Shown piece after piece: positions 9,799 to 19,190 of a stretch of DNA of 32,000 nt. Source of the DNA: Octadecabacter sp. SW4. Its GTDB lineage: Bacteria; Pseudomonadota; Alphaproteobacteria; Rhodobacterales; Rhodobacteraceae. The notes below the pieces were generated by a model that had not been told where the DNA came from, ran no database searches, and saw nothing but the letters and a program-made list of their open reading frames with translations. The position numbers and the translations under genes are program-made. Position 1 is the stretch's first letter, and every line of letters begins with the position of its first letter. The stretch is taken from contig NZ_CP042819.1 in the NCBI RefSeq assembly GCF_008065155.1, positions 2,330,922 through 2,362,921 of the forward strand, given 5' to 3'.

Positions 9799-10589
9799 GC
9801 GCTGGCGCTGCGGATAGCCTTGGCGAACTGATCAAAGATCGGCTCGTTTGCACAGATCACCGCGCGATCATCCATGATGTCGCCGCCCTTGCGCAGCGGT
9901 TCAACCAAACCGCCCGCCTCGCGCACTATCACCAGACCGGCGGCCATGCCTGCAACGTTCACGTCACGCTCCCAGAAACCGTCAAAGCGCCCCGCCGCCA
10001 TGTAAGACAGATCAAGGCTGGTGGCGCCCCAATTGCGCACGCCCGCACAGACCGGCATGATTTGCGCAAGATCGCGCAGGCTGGCGGCAAGACCCGAGCG
10101 CGCCGCATCCGGGATAGCGGTTGCAAAGACGCAGTCGATCATCCGGTGGCGGCTTGAGGTGCGCAACCGGCTTTCATTCATCCACGCGCCCTCGCCTTTT
10201 TCGGCGTAAAACATCTCGTCCTTGGAGGGGTCATAAACCACGCCGGCAACGATTTGGCCCTTGTGTTCAAGGGCGATGGACACGGCCCAATGGGGTGTGC
10301 CATGCAGGAAATTCGTCGCGCCATCAAGGGCGCTGACGATCCAGCGGCGGGTCGGGTCTTCGCCCTCGGCTTCGGCCCCGTTTTCGCCAAGATAGCCATA
10401 GGTCGGACGGGCCTCGATCAGGGCCGCGCGGATCACGGTTTCGGCCTCACGCACGGCGCGGGTGACAAAATCGGACGGACCCTTGGACGACACTTGCAGG
10501 TTTTCGACTTCGCCAAAATCCTTGACCAAAGTGCGCCCCGCTTTGCGGGCCACCTTCATCATCACGTTAAGATTTGCTGAGCCTGCCAT
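9795..10589 (-). CDS. suhB: inositol monophosphatase family protein (SuhB-like)
   Basis: 264-aa ORF with GGGAGG upstream of the ATG. N-terminus MAGSANLNVMMKVARKAGRTLVKDFGEVENLQVSSKGPSDFVT and the IMPase motifs (GEE...DP(I/L)DGT-like ALDGATNF, WDxAAG-like region). Confidence 0.9.
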   Translation of the reverse strand: MAGSANLNVMMKVARKAGRTLVKDFGEVENLQVSSKGPSDFVTRAVREAETVIRAALIEARPTYGYLGENGAEAEGEDPTRRWIVSALDGATNFLHGTPHWAVSIALEHKGQIVAGVVYDPSKDEMFYAEKGEGAWMNESRLRTSSRHRMIDCVFATAIPDAARSGLAASLRDLAQIMPVCAGVRNWGATSLDLSYMAAGRFDGFWERDVNVAGMAAGLVIVREAGGLVEPLRKGGDIMDDRAVICANEPIFDQFAKAIRSASA

Positions 10590-10747
10590 GTGGGCCTCCC
10601 TGTGTCAGTGCGGGCGTATAGGCCGTTGACGGGCGCGCGGCAAGGGGCAGTGGCCAGCCGCAAAGAGGTCACAGAAATAACACCGTGCGTTAACGACTTA
10701 TTTTGTTCGAAAGGGGCATAAAGAAGCAGGGAAAGTGTTTCAGGTTC

Positions 10748-12697
10748 ATGTCCGCATCAAGACTCGACGATATTCGCTACCAAACGCGCATCATCGCGCA
10801 AGTGGAACGGCGCGACACACCCAAGCGGGTCGCGGCGGCCGCGCTGATCGTTGCGATCTGTTGGTATGCGGGCGCAGAACGTGCGGCCCTGACGCTTTTG
10901 ATCGTGCTAACCTGCTACGAGCTGGTCTCGTTCGCCTTCGCATACTTCATGCCGCCCGAGGGTGAAGAACTGCCACTGGGCTACGTCTTTTCGCTATGGC
11001 TGGTAAATTTAACCTCGGCGCTGGCCTATCTGGCACCGTCTTTCGTGCTTGCGATGCAGCCCTCGACGGCGCTGATGCTGGTTGGGTTTATCTGGCTGTT
11101 TGGCGTTTATGTGCATGTTTCCAACACCTTCGCGGCCTTCCCGTTTTATAACTGGAGCCTGATGGGCCCGTCTTTCGTCGCCGCCTTTATCCTGCTTTAC
11201 CTTGTCGCACAGACCGATTTCGAACACTCCCCACCCGCGCATTGGATCGTCGCGATGGGCGCGTTTACAGTCTATGTTTTCAACACGATTGAAACGCTCA
11301 ACAAACAGAAGGACACCCAAAAGGCACTTGCCCTTGCGCGGCGCGAGGCGACGGGACGATTGCGCCGATTGGAACACCTGACGCGGCACGACAACCTGAC
11401 CGGTGCTTTGAACCGGCAGGCCTTTGATGCGGATCTGGCCAAGATGCTGAAACACCGACGCGGGGGCAACGAAATCGCCGTGCTTCTGATCGATCTGGAC
11501 GGGTTCAAACCGATCAACGACACCTACAGCCACGACGCCGGGGACGCGGTGCTGATCCAGATCGCAAATCGCCTGCACAAGGTCGCCGGTGAAAGTGGCA
11601 TTGTCGCACGTCTGGGGGGCGATGAATTTGCCGTCGCCTTTGATGGCCTGCCTTCGGCGGACGCAGCGATGCGTCTTGCGACATACGTCGGGCGTGCGAT
11701 TTCAACGCCCATGATCTGGAACCAGAAAACCCTGCGGATCGCGGGCAGCATCGGTGTGAATGTCACCGGTGCCTTGCCCAAGGGCGGGCGTGACACTGTG
11801 GGCGCGCTTTGCACCGGCGCGGATCAGGCGATGTATCGCGCCAAACACAGCCCGAATGCGGCTCCTGTGCTGTTCAAACCCGATCAGTTTACGCCACGCT
11901 TGTCCCTGTCGGATCGTGGCGCATTGATTATCGCGATTCAAAACCACGAAATCCGGCCCTACTATCAACCCAAAATCCATCTGGGCACCGGTCAGGTCGT
12001 CGGGTTCGAGGCCCTGGCGCGCTGGGTGCATCCCGACGGCGCGCTGCGTCTGCCTGCCCAATTCCTAAGCCAGATCAATGAATTGGGCCTTCAGGGTGAT
12101 TTCCTGATCGAAATGGCGAAACAGGTGATGGCCGACATATCGACGCTTACCAAGACCGGCCTTGACCCCGGTCAGGTATCGATCAACGTCCCCGAAGTGA
12201 CATTGGCCACACAAAGCGGTTTGGCTGATTTCGAGCGGGTCATCGCCAACCACCCCGACGCCGCCCGGCACATCACCATCGAAATCACCGAAGACGTGTT
12301 TATCGCCCGTGCCGCCGAAGCCATCCAGAATTCGGTCAAACAGTTGCGGCGCGGCGGCATGCGGGTCTCGCTTGATGATTTTGGCACCGGCTTTGCGTCG
12401 TTCCAGCACCTGCGCCAGCTTGAATTTGATGAACTCAAGATCGACAGCAGCTTCGTCGCCGATCTGGGCCGCGATCCGGCCGTGGATGTCATGGTGCAGG
12501 GCTTCTTGTCGATCGCGTCCGGCCTAGGCGTCGCCGTCATCGCCGAAGGGGTCGAAAATCAGGCGCAACGGCAGGATTTGCTGGGCATGGGCTGCATTGT
12601 CGCCCAGGGCTTCCTGTTCAGCCGCGCACTTCCATTTGACAAGGTCGCGCCGCTTTTGGATGCGCCTACCCGTACGGGCAAGGTGCTGCAAAGCTAG
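10748..12697 (+). CDS. membrane-anchored diguanylate cyclase/phosphodiesterase (GGDEF + EAL)
   Basis: ORF 10703 (TTG)-12697; ATG 10748 is preferred. About 6 hydrophobic segments, then GGDEF (RLGGDEFAV) and EAL (FEALARW, DDFGTG, EGVE). Confidence 0.9.
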   Translation: MSASRLDDIRYQTRIIAQVERRDTPKRVAAAALIVAICWYAGAERAALTLLIVLTCYELVSFAFAYFMPPEGEELPLGYVFSLWLVNLTSALAYLAPSFVLAMQPSTALMLVGFIWLFGVYVHVSNTFAAFPFYNWSLMGPSFVAAFILLYLVAQTDFEHSPPAHWIVAMGAFTVYVFNTIETLNKQKDTQKALALARREATGRLRRLEHLTRHDNLTGALNRQAFDADLAKMLKHRRGGNEIAVLLIDLDGFKPINDTYSHDAGDAVLIQIANRLHKVAGESGIVARLGGDEFAVAFDGLPSADAAMRLATYVGRAISTPMIWNQKTLRIAGSIGVNVTGALPKGGRDTVGALCTGADQAMYRAKHSPNAAPVLFKPDQFTPRLSLSDRGALIIAIQNHEIRPYYQPKIHLGTGQVVGFEALARWVHPDGALRLPAQFLSQINELGLQGDFLIEMAKQVMADISTLTKTGLDPGQVSINVPEVTLATQSGLADFERVIANHPDAARHITIEITEDVFIARAAEAIQNSVKQLRRGGMRVSLDDFGTGFASFQHLRQLEFDELKIDSSFVADLGRDPAVDVMVQGFLSIASGLGVAVIAEGVENQAQRQDLLGMGCIVAQGFLFSRALPFDKVAPLLDAPTRTGKVLQS

Positions 12698-13599
12698 GCG
12701 CGCTGCATTTTCACGGCCTCTTGCCGCGCCAGCCGGATCAGATGTGCCACATAGGGGCGGCTTGTGTCATCATCCCGCGTCGCCGCGAAAAGCCGCCGTG
12801 TTGTCCCGCCCTTGGTCAGCGGGCGCGTGATATAATCCGAACTGTATTTGATCTGGCGCAGCACCCAGTCGGGTAACACCGCAACCCCACGGTTTGACGC
12901 AACCAGCAACAAGATCACGGCTGTCAGTTCCACCTGCCGGATCGCTGCCGGTTCAACCTTGGCGGGGGTCAAGAGTTGCGAAAAAATATCAAGGCGCGCG
13001 CGATCCACCGGATAGGTGATCAGGGTTTCACCACGAAAATCCTCGGCCGCGATCCAGGGTTTCGCCGCAAGCGGATGGCTGGCCGCGGCAACAAACACGG
13101 GTTCATAGTCAAACAAGGGCGTGAAATCCACATTTGCCAGATCCTCGGGGTCAGATGACACCACCAGATCGACCTCCTCCTTGCGCAGTGCCGGCAGCGC
13201 ATCAAACGCAAGCCCGGGGCGAATATCGACATCGACATCAGGCCAGGCCTTGCGAAACTGTTCCAGCACCGGAAACAGCCATTCAAAACAGGCATGGCAT
13301 TCGATCGCGATATGCATCCGGCCCGATTTGCCACTGACCAGCCCGTCAAATTCCGCCTCAAGGGCCGCGACTTCGGGCAGGATTCGTTCCGCCGCCGCCA
13401 AAAGCCGCATCCCCGCAGCCGACAGTTTCAGCGGCTTGGAGCGGCGCACAAACAGCTCCACCCCCGCCTGATCCTCGATCCCCTTGATCTGATGGGACAG
13501 GGCCGATTGCGTGATGTTCAGCTGATCCGCCGCATGGGACAGCCCGCCGGTATCGTGGATTGCCTTGATCGTGCGCAGATGGCGGAATTCGATGTGCAT
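12694..13599 (-). CDS. metR: LysR-family transcriptional regulator MetR
   Basis: MHIEFRHLRTIKAIHDTGGLSHAADQLNITQSALSHQIKGIE aligns by eye with the E. coli MetR N-terminus MIEVKHLKTLQAL...QSALSHQ. It is divergent from metF. The ATG at the complement of 13597-13599 is preferred over 13614. Confidence 0.85.
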   Translation of the reverse strand: MHIEFRHLRTIKAIHDTGGLSHAADQLNITQSALSHQIKGIEDQAGVELFVRRSKPLKLSAAGMRLLAAAERILPEVAALEAEFDGLVSGKSGRMHIAIECHACFEWLFPVLEQFRKAWPDVDVDIRPGLAFDALPALRKEEVDLVVSSDPEDLANVDFTPLFDYEPVFVAAASHPLAAKPWIAAEDFRGETLITYPVDRARLDIFSQLLTPAKVEPAAIRQVELTAVILLLVASNRGVAVLPDWVLRQIKYSSDYITRPLTKGGTTRRLFAATRDDDTSRPYVAHLIRLARQEAVKMQRA

Positions 13600-13631
13600 A
13601 TGAGCCGCCTTCATAACCTTGGTGAAAGTTA

Positions 13632-13644
13632 TGAATTTGTCTCA
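13632..13644. promoter_or_regulatory. TGAATTTGTCTCA: candidate MetR/LysR box (T-N11-A; one mismatch to TGAA-N5-TTCA)
   Basis: Read in the 91-nt metR/metF spacer. The consensus is recalled from the E. coli MetR literature. Not tested. Confidence 0.3.
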
Positions 13645-13690
13645 CACCGCAGCGCGTGACACAAGCAGTTAACCGCCAAGGAGGCCGCAT

Positions 13691-14557
13691 ATGTCCACGC
13701 CCGCAGTTTCATTCGAATTCTTCCCGCCCAAGAACCTAGAAGGGTCGTTCCGCCTTTGGGATTGCGTCAACACGCTGGCCCCGCTGGACCCTGCGTTTGT
13801 GTCGGTCACATACGGCGCGGGCGGCGCCACGCGCAAGCTCACCCATGATGCGGTTGCCACGATCCACAAGACATCCGGCCTGAATGTTGCCGCACACCTG
13901 ACCTGCGTTGACGCCTCGCGCGCCGAAACCCTCGACATTGCGCAGGGTTATGCCGATATCGGCGTGACGCAAATCATCGCCCTGCGCGGCGATGCCCCCA
14001 AGGGCAGCGATGGTTATCACCCTCACGCGGACGGCTTTCATGGCAGCATTGATTTGATTCAAGCCCTTGCCCAGACCAGCAAATTCGCGATTCACGTGGG
14101 CGCCTACCCCGAAAAACACCCCGAGTCCGCCAGCCAGCAGGCCGATATTGACCACCTGAAACGCAAGTTTGACGCGGGTGCGACCAGCGCCATCACCCAG
14201 TTTTTCTTTGAAGCCGACACATTCTTCCGGTTTCGCGATGCTTGCGTCGCGGCTGGGATCACCGCACCGATCATCCCCGGGGTTTTGCCGGTGGAAAACT
14301 GGAACGGCGCGCGCAAGTTCGCGCAAACCTGCGGCACGTCAATTCCACCCCTGATCGCCGATGCCTTTGAAAACGCCACCCGCGATGGCACGACCGATCT
14401 GCTGGCCACCGCCCTTGCGACCGAATTGTGCGATGACTTGATCATTGGCGGCGTGGATCACTTGCACTTTTACACGCTCAACCGCCCCGAACTAACCCGC
14501 GATGTCTGCCACGCCCTGGGCATCACGCCCAAGGTGCAGCTACAAAACGTGGCCTAG
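13691..14557 (+). CDS. metF: 5,10-methylenetetrahydrofolate reductase
   Basis: 288-aa ORF with AAGGAGG 6 nt upstream. MSTPAVSFEFFPPK...VSVTYGAGG... Confidence 0.95.
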   Translation: MSTPAVSFEFFPPKNLEGSFRLWDCVNTLAPLDPAFVSVTYGAGGATRKLTHDAVATIHKTSGLNVAAHLTCVDASRAETLDIAQGYADIGVTQIIALRGDAPKGSDGYHPHADGFHGSIDLIQALAQTSKFAIHVGAYPEKHPESASQQADIDHLKRKFDAGATSAITQFFFEADTFFRFRDACVAAGITAPIIPGVLPVENWNGARKFAQTCGTSIPPLIADAFENATRDGTTDLLATALATELCDDLIIGGVDHLHFYTLNRPELTRDVCHALGITPKVQLQNVA

Positions 14558-15516
14558 GCCGACTTCCTGCGCCACGTGCGGCGCGGCGCCATTTCATCGA
14601 CGGATTGGTGGATTCGCTCGGAGGGGTCCGCGCCCACCACCCGTTTGCGCCGGATCAGGAACAGCTTGCTCCAGCCGCGCCATTTCCCGATTGACGGGGC
14701 ATTCACATCGCAGGGAAAACGGTCGTGCCAACGGTCGGGCAAGGCAAGCCCGCAACCTTCAAGCCTTTCGAGCATCCAGACCAGCGGGATATTGGCCAAA
14801 GGACGCGAGCGCTTCAGCCCGTCCACCTGCCCGCCGACATCCCCGTGATTGCCACGAAACCAGACCTGTTCCATATGACCATCCCAGTTTGGCGGGCAAA
14901 CCCACATCACCGGGCTATAGGCGGCGCGTGTTTCATCCAAAGCGACCGCGTGAAACCCGTGCGCGACAGATTTGCCCAGGGTGTGGTTGTGAAATGCGTG
15001 ATGCACGACAGACCACCGCCAGATGATCGGCAAACGCAGGCCCAGCGCCTTGACGGTATCCCAGACCGCCACGGCCTCGATCGGCGCAGATGGGTGGCAA
15101 AACCGGTCGCGAAACACTTGTGATGTCGGGCTGCGCGCGCCGGTGCGATAGTGGCGATAGGCGGTGCGGATCGTGCGCGATGTTGCTTCCTCGCGTTTGA
15201 CCAGCCCGACCATATCAATGACTCCCGCGAGGCTGCGCACGGCATAGGCCCCGCGCGAATATCCCACCAGCACGATCTTGTCGCCGGGGTGATAACGCGA
15301 AGCAAGAACGCCATATGCCCTTTCGATCTGGCGATTGATCCCACGCCCCGTCACGACATCCACAGTGCCGCGCCAGTCGCGCCACTGGATACCGGCCTCG
15401 TAATAGATCGACAGGTTCGCGCTATAGCCGACCTCGCGCAGCAGCTTCAAAAGCTGACCGGCGTTGGTTTCAAAGCCGTTGCGCAGCGAGGACATGGTGC
15501 CATCAAGGATAATCAC
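14554..15516 (-). CDS. DUF2235 (Tle1-like alpha/beta hydrolase) domain protein
   Basis: Motifs IILDGT, GYSRGA (GxSxG nucleophile elbow), WDTV, HAVALDE, QVWFRGNHGDVGG. The start is ambiguous. GTG 15516 (GGGAAAG 8 nt upstream) is preferred because the 30 codons up to GTG 15606 have low GC3 and two TTA codons. The track ORF extends to 15606. Confidence 0.8.
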   Translation of the reverse strand: MIILDGTMSSLRNGFETNAGQLLKLLREVGYSANLSIYYEAGIQWRDWRGTVDVVTGRGINRQIERAYGVLASRYHPGDKIVLVGYSRGAYAVRSLAGVIDMVGLVKREEATSRTIRTAYRHYRTGARSPTSQVFRDRFCHPSAPIEAVAVWDTVKALGLRLPIIWRWSVVHHAFHNHTLGKSVAHGFHAVALDETRAAYSPVMWVCPPNWDGHMEQVWFRGNHGDVGGQVDGLKRSRPLANIPLVWMLERLEGCGLALPDRWHDRFPCDVNAPSIGKWRGWSKLFLIRRKRVVGADPSERIHQSVDEMAPRRTWRRKSA

Positions 15517-15592
15517 ATGCGTGGCTTTCCCACGGCGGGGGTGAACGCCATCCTCGGATCGTGGGCGACGGCCTAAAAGACCAAATAACCAA

Positions 15593-17899
15593 TCACGCAG
15601 CGGCACCTTTACCCTCGCTTGCCTGTTGCAGGCTTAACCATACACGATGTGGGGTAAAGGGCATCTCAACGCCCCTGACACCGCTGTCCCACATCGCATC
15701 CTGCACGGCGTTGGCCACGGCGGCAAGCGCACCAACGGTTCCCGCCTCGCCGCAGCCTTTCATGCCCATAGGATTATAAAGGCTGGGGGTGGGTAGGTTT
15801 TCAAAACCGATCACAGGCAAATCATCAGCGCGGGGCATGGCGTAATCCATGAAACTCGCTGACAAAAGTTGCCCCGTTTCATCATAAACCACCTGTTCAG
15901 TGATGGCCTGCCCGATCCCTTGGGCGACACCGCCATGCACCTGGCCCGCGACCAGCATCGGGTTGATAAGATTGCCGAAATCGTCAACGACCGTGTAGCG
16001 CTCGACAGTCACAACACCGGTTTCAGGGTCAATTTCGACCTCTGCGACATGTGCCCCATTGGGAAACGAGCGCTGGTCAAGCGTGATCGTCGCGCTTTGG
16101 TTCAGCAAATCATCACGCCCGGCGTCCCGTGCCATCTGCGCGACCTCAAGCATGGTCGGCGTCAGGTTTGATCCGGCAATACGGAACCGTTCGTCGTCGA
16201 ATGTGATATCGCCGTGTTCGACCCCTTCGACCTTGGCCAAAAACGCCGCGAAGCCGGTCGTAATCTTGTCGACAACAGCCAGGGTCGCCGTATTCTGCAC
16301 GGTCACCGAACGCGACCCGCCGGTGCCGCCCCCCTTGGCGATCAGATCACTGTCGCCTTGCACAACGGCGATCCGGTCAGCGGGGATACCGGTTTGGTCG
16401 CTCAGGAACTGGGCAAAGACCGTTTCATGCCCCTGCCCATTCGACTGCGTGCCGACAAGAATCGACGCGGTGCCATCAGCGTTGAACACGACATTCGCTG
16501 TTTCCTCGGGCGCGCCAAGGATGCTTTCGATGTAGTAACACAGGCCCTGCCCGCGCAGCCTGCCCACCTTTGCCGCGGCCGCGCGCCGCGCCGCGAACCC
16601 CGTGCGATCCGCGTTTTCACCGACCCGCGTCAGGACCGCAGCAAAATCGCCCACGTCATAGGGCTGCCCCGTGGCCGAAAGATAGGGAAACTGGTCGGGG
16701 CGGATGAAATTGCGTCGCCGCAGCTCCCATGGGTCAACCCCCAGGCTGCGCGCGGCGTGGTCCATCACCCGCTCCAGCACGTATATCGCCTCGGGACGAC
16801 CCGCGCCGCGATAGGCGTCGACCTGTGTGGTGTTGGTATAAACACCTTTGGTATTCATCCAGACTGTCTGTATGTCGTAGACGCCGGGCATGACCTTGGA
16901 AAACAGTTCGGACTGGATCGGCTGGGCATATTGGCTGTTGTAGGCGCCCATATTGGCAATCGTTTCAACGCGGTAGGACAGAATGCGATGATCGGTGTCC
17001 AGCGCCAGCGTGGCCGTCGATACCAGATCGCGGCCGGCATTGTCGCTTTGCATTCCTTCGCTGCGGTCCGACATCCATTTGACGGGGCGGCCCAACACGC
17101 GGGCAGCGTGGGCCACCAGAAAGGTCTCGGGATAGGCCATCGCCTTCATCCCGAAACCACCGCCCACATCGGGGTTGGTGACACGGATGTCGGCAGCATC
17201 CATGTTCAGATGATAGGCCAGATCGGATTTCGTTGCCCAAACACCCTGCCCGTTCACCGCCACATGCAAACGCTCCCCATCCGGTTCGGCATAACAGCCG
17301 CGCGGCTCCATAGCGTTGCAGATGATGCGGTTATCGGGCACTTGCAGGGCGATCAGATGGGCCGCACCTGCCTCAGCCTGTGCAACCGCTTGCGCGTCCC
17401 CCAGCCCGAAATCAAAGGCGATATTGTCGGGGGCTTGCGGATGGATTTGAGCGCCACCAACCATCGGCGTCACCTGTACAGGCAGGTCGTCAATCTCAGT
17501 CTCGACCAGTTCGGCGGCGTCGCGGGCCTGCGCCAGCGTGTCCGCTACGATAAAGGCAATCGGCTCGCCGACAAACCGCACCACATCGCGCGCCAAAAGC
17601 GGGCGCTCGGGGCGCGCGCCTTTGGTCCCGTCGATATTGCGCACGGTGGTGCTTTTCATGCCGACCCTCAGGCCCGCCTGTTCAAGGTCTGCCAAGGTCA
17701 GCACCAGATGCACACCGTCACTTTCGCGCGCATCCGCGATGGCGAGATCGGTCAACCGCCCATGCGCAACAATCGATCGCAGCACATAGCCCACCAGCGC
17801 GCCCTCGGGCGCAATATCATCTACATAGCGCCCTGCACCTGTCAGAAAACGGTGGTCTTCGACCCGCGCCACCGGTTGCGATTTGCCAAACTTTTCCAA
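15593..17899 (-). CDS. xanthine dehydrogenase/CO dehydrogenase-family molybdopterin-binding large subunit, form-II CoxL-like
   Basis: 768 aa. TTG start preceded by GGGAG. N-terminus MEKFGKSQPVARVEDHRFLTGAGRYVDD; GGGFG; AYRGAGR active-site-loop motif. Confidence 0.9.
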   Translation of the reverse strand: MEKFGKSQPVARVEDHRFLTGAGRYVDDIAPEGALVGYVLRSIVAHGRLTDLAIADARESDGVHLVLTLADLEQAGLRVGMKSTTVRNIDGTKGARPERPLLARDVVRFVGEPIAFIVADTLAQARDAAELVETEIDDLPVQVTPMVGGAQIHPQAPDNIAFDFGLGDAQAVAQAEAGAAHLIALQVPDNRIICNAMEPRGCYAEPDGERLHVAVNGQGVWATKSDLAYHLNMDAADIRVTNPDVGGGFGMKAMAYPETFLVAHAARVLGRPVKWMSDRSEGMQSDNAGRDLVSTATLALDTDHRILSYRVETIANMGAYNSQYAQPIQSELFSKVMPGVYDIQTVWMNTKGVYTNTTQVDAYRGAGRPEAIYVLERVMDHAARSLGVDPWELRRRNFIRPDQFPYLSATGQPYDVGDFAAVLTRVGENADRTGFAARRAAAAKVGRLRGQGLCYYIESILGAPEETANVVFNADGTASILVGTQSNGQGHETVFAQFLSDQTGIPADRIAVVQGDSDLIAKGGGTGGSRSVTVQNTATLAVVDKITTGFAAFLAKVEGVEHGDITFDDERFRIAGSNLTPTMLEVAQMARDAGRDDLLNQSATITLDQRSFPNGAHVAEVEIDPETGVVTVERYTVVDDFGNLINPMLVAGQVHGGVAQGIGQAITEQVVYDETGQLLSASFMDYAMPRADDLPVIGFENLPTPSLYNPMGMKGCGEAGTVGALAAVANAVQDAMWDSGVRGVEMPFTPHRVWLSLQQASEGKGAAA

Positions 17900-17951
17900 A
17901 GCTTCTCCCTTGGGCAGACCAGGAAGAGCCTAACGCGATTGTCCGCGCTGT

Positions 17952-19073
17952 CTAGAGGTGGTCAACCTGCACGCACATCCGGTCACCGTAGCCGTTAAAG
18001 CGCGTGGTCACGCCCGACAGATAGGCCCCCATCGCCGCAAAGACGATCCAGTCGCCCTCGGCCAGATCGGCGGGCAAAGGCAGCAGGTCAGGCAGTTGGT
18101 CGATGCTGTCGCATGTCGGGCCAAACACCACGCGCGCGTCCGCGCGGCCACGGCGCAGGGTGCCATCCGGCGCGATTACACGGAATGTCGGCACAACCAT
18201 CGACGGAAATTCCGACAGCCCGCCATAAATCCCGTCATTCAGATACACCCGGCCCGCGCGCAGGGATTTGACCTGCACACCGTAAGCGTGGCTATCCGCA
18301 ACCAGCCCGCGCCCGGGTTCGCACACCAGCGCGGGGCGCTGGCCAAAGGCATCCATCGCGCCATCAATCGCATCAAAAAACGGCTGCATATCCACCGGCG
18401 CGCCATCCCGCGCCGACGGAAATCCGCCCCCAACGTTGAGCCGTGCAATCGCCACCTCCGCCTGCTGCGCGATCCGCGCCGCGGCCCGCACATAGGTGGC
18501 ATAGGCCTGCGCATCGCGGCACTGCGTGCCCACATGGAATGTCAACGCCGGTGTCAGTCCGGCAGCGGCAACCTGTTGCAACAGGTCCACCGCGTCAGGT
18601 TCCTCGGCCCCGAATTTGGCGCCGAAATTATAGGCCGCACCACCGACCGGCAGCTTGAAGCGCACCGCGATTTCGTTATTGGCCACGCCAGCCGCGATCA
18701 GTTTCGCCAACTCGCCCGCGTCATCCACCGACCAGGACGCAACGCCAGCCGCAATCCCAAACGCGATTTCGTCGCGCGACCGCACAGGGTTGTTGTAATG
18801 CAGCGCCGCACGCGGGCAGAGCCGCCGGATCAGCGTGATTTCACCGGGCGAGGCCACATCGAACCCTGCGATGCCGCCCGCGCATAGGCGCCTGATCACC
18901 GCCTCGTCGGGATTGGCCTTGACCGCGTAGGTCACCATACCGTCGAACCCGGCGTGAAATTCCGCCAGCCGCGCGTCCAGTGCCGCTGGCGCGAAGAAAT
19001 GCACGGGCATCATTGGATTATTCGCGGCCAGAAACCGCTGTGGTGTGGTTTGCGGGACGGTTCGTTGCTGCAT
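17952..19073 (-). CDS. type III (alanine-racemase-fold) PLP-dependent decarboxylase, ornithine/lysine decarboxylase-like
   Basis: 373 aa with AGGGG 5 nt upstream of the ATG. Motifs YAVKAN (PLP Lys), FDVASPGE, GGGFP, EPGR, GPTCDSID. Confidence 0.85.
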   Translation of the reverse strand: MQQRTVPQTTPQRFLAANNPMMPVHFFAPAALDARLAEFHAGFDGMVTYAVKANPDEAVIRRLCAGGIAGFDVASPGEITLIRRLCPRAALHYNNPVRSRDEIAFGIAAGVASWSVDDAGELAKLIAAGVANNEIAVRFKLPVGGAAYNFGAKFGAEEPDAVDLLQQVAAAGLTPALTFHVGTQCRDAQAYATYVRAAARIAQQAEVAIARLNVGGGFPSARDGAPVDMQPFFDAIDGAMDAFGQRPALVCEPGRGLVADSHAYGVQVKSLRAGRVYLNDGIYGGLSEFPSMVVPTFRVIAPDGTLRRGRADARVVFGPTCDSIDQLPDLLPLPADLAEGDWIVFAAMGAYLSGVTTRFNGYGDRMCVQVDHL

Positions 19074-19190
19074 CGAAACCCCTGACTTTGTTCGGTTTTC
19101 AAAATGTTAGGTGCTGTTGTCGTCAGATTATCGTGGCAGATCGCGCAAAATGACTCTGGTTTTCGCCGGAATGCCGATATGACGTGCAAT

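Noticed and set aside
13600-13690. SAM-type riboswitch in the metR/metF spacer
   Set aside because: The spacer is only 91 nt and is occupied by divergent promoter elements and a strong SD. I saw no pseudoknot-forming SAM-II-like pattern.
14554-15606. Calling the DUF2235 protein a T6SS Tle1 effector
   Set aside because: There are no Hcp, VgrG, PAAR, immunity or T6SS core genes in the 32 kb. The family is much broader than T6SS effectors, so only the fold-level call is kept.
16214-17998. 594-aa plus-strand ORF
   Set aside because: It is entirely antisense to the well-supported CoxL-like and decarboxylase genes. The translation is Arg/Gly/His/Pro-rich low-information sequence with no motif. 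This is a typical shadow ORF of high-GC coding DNA.
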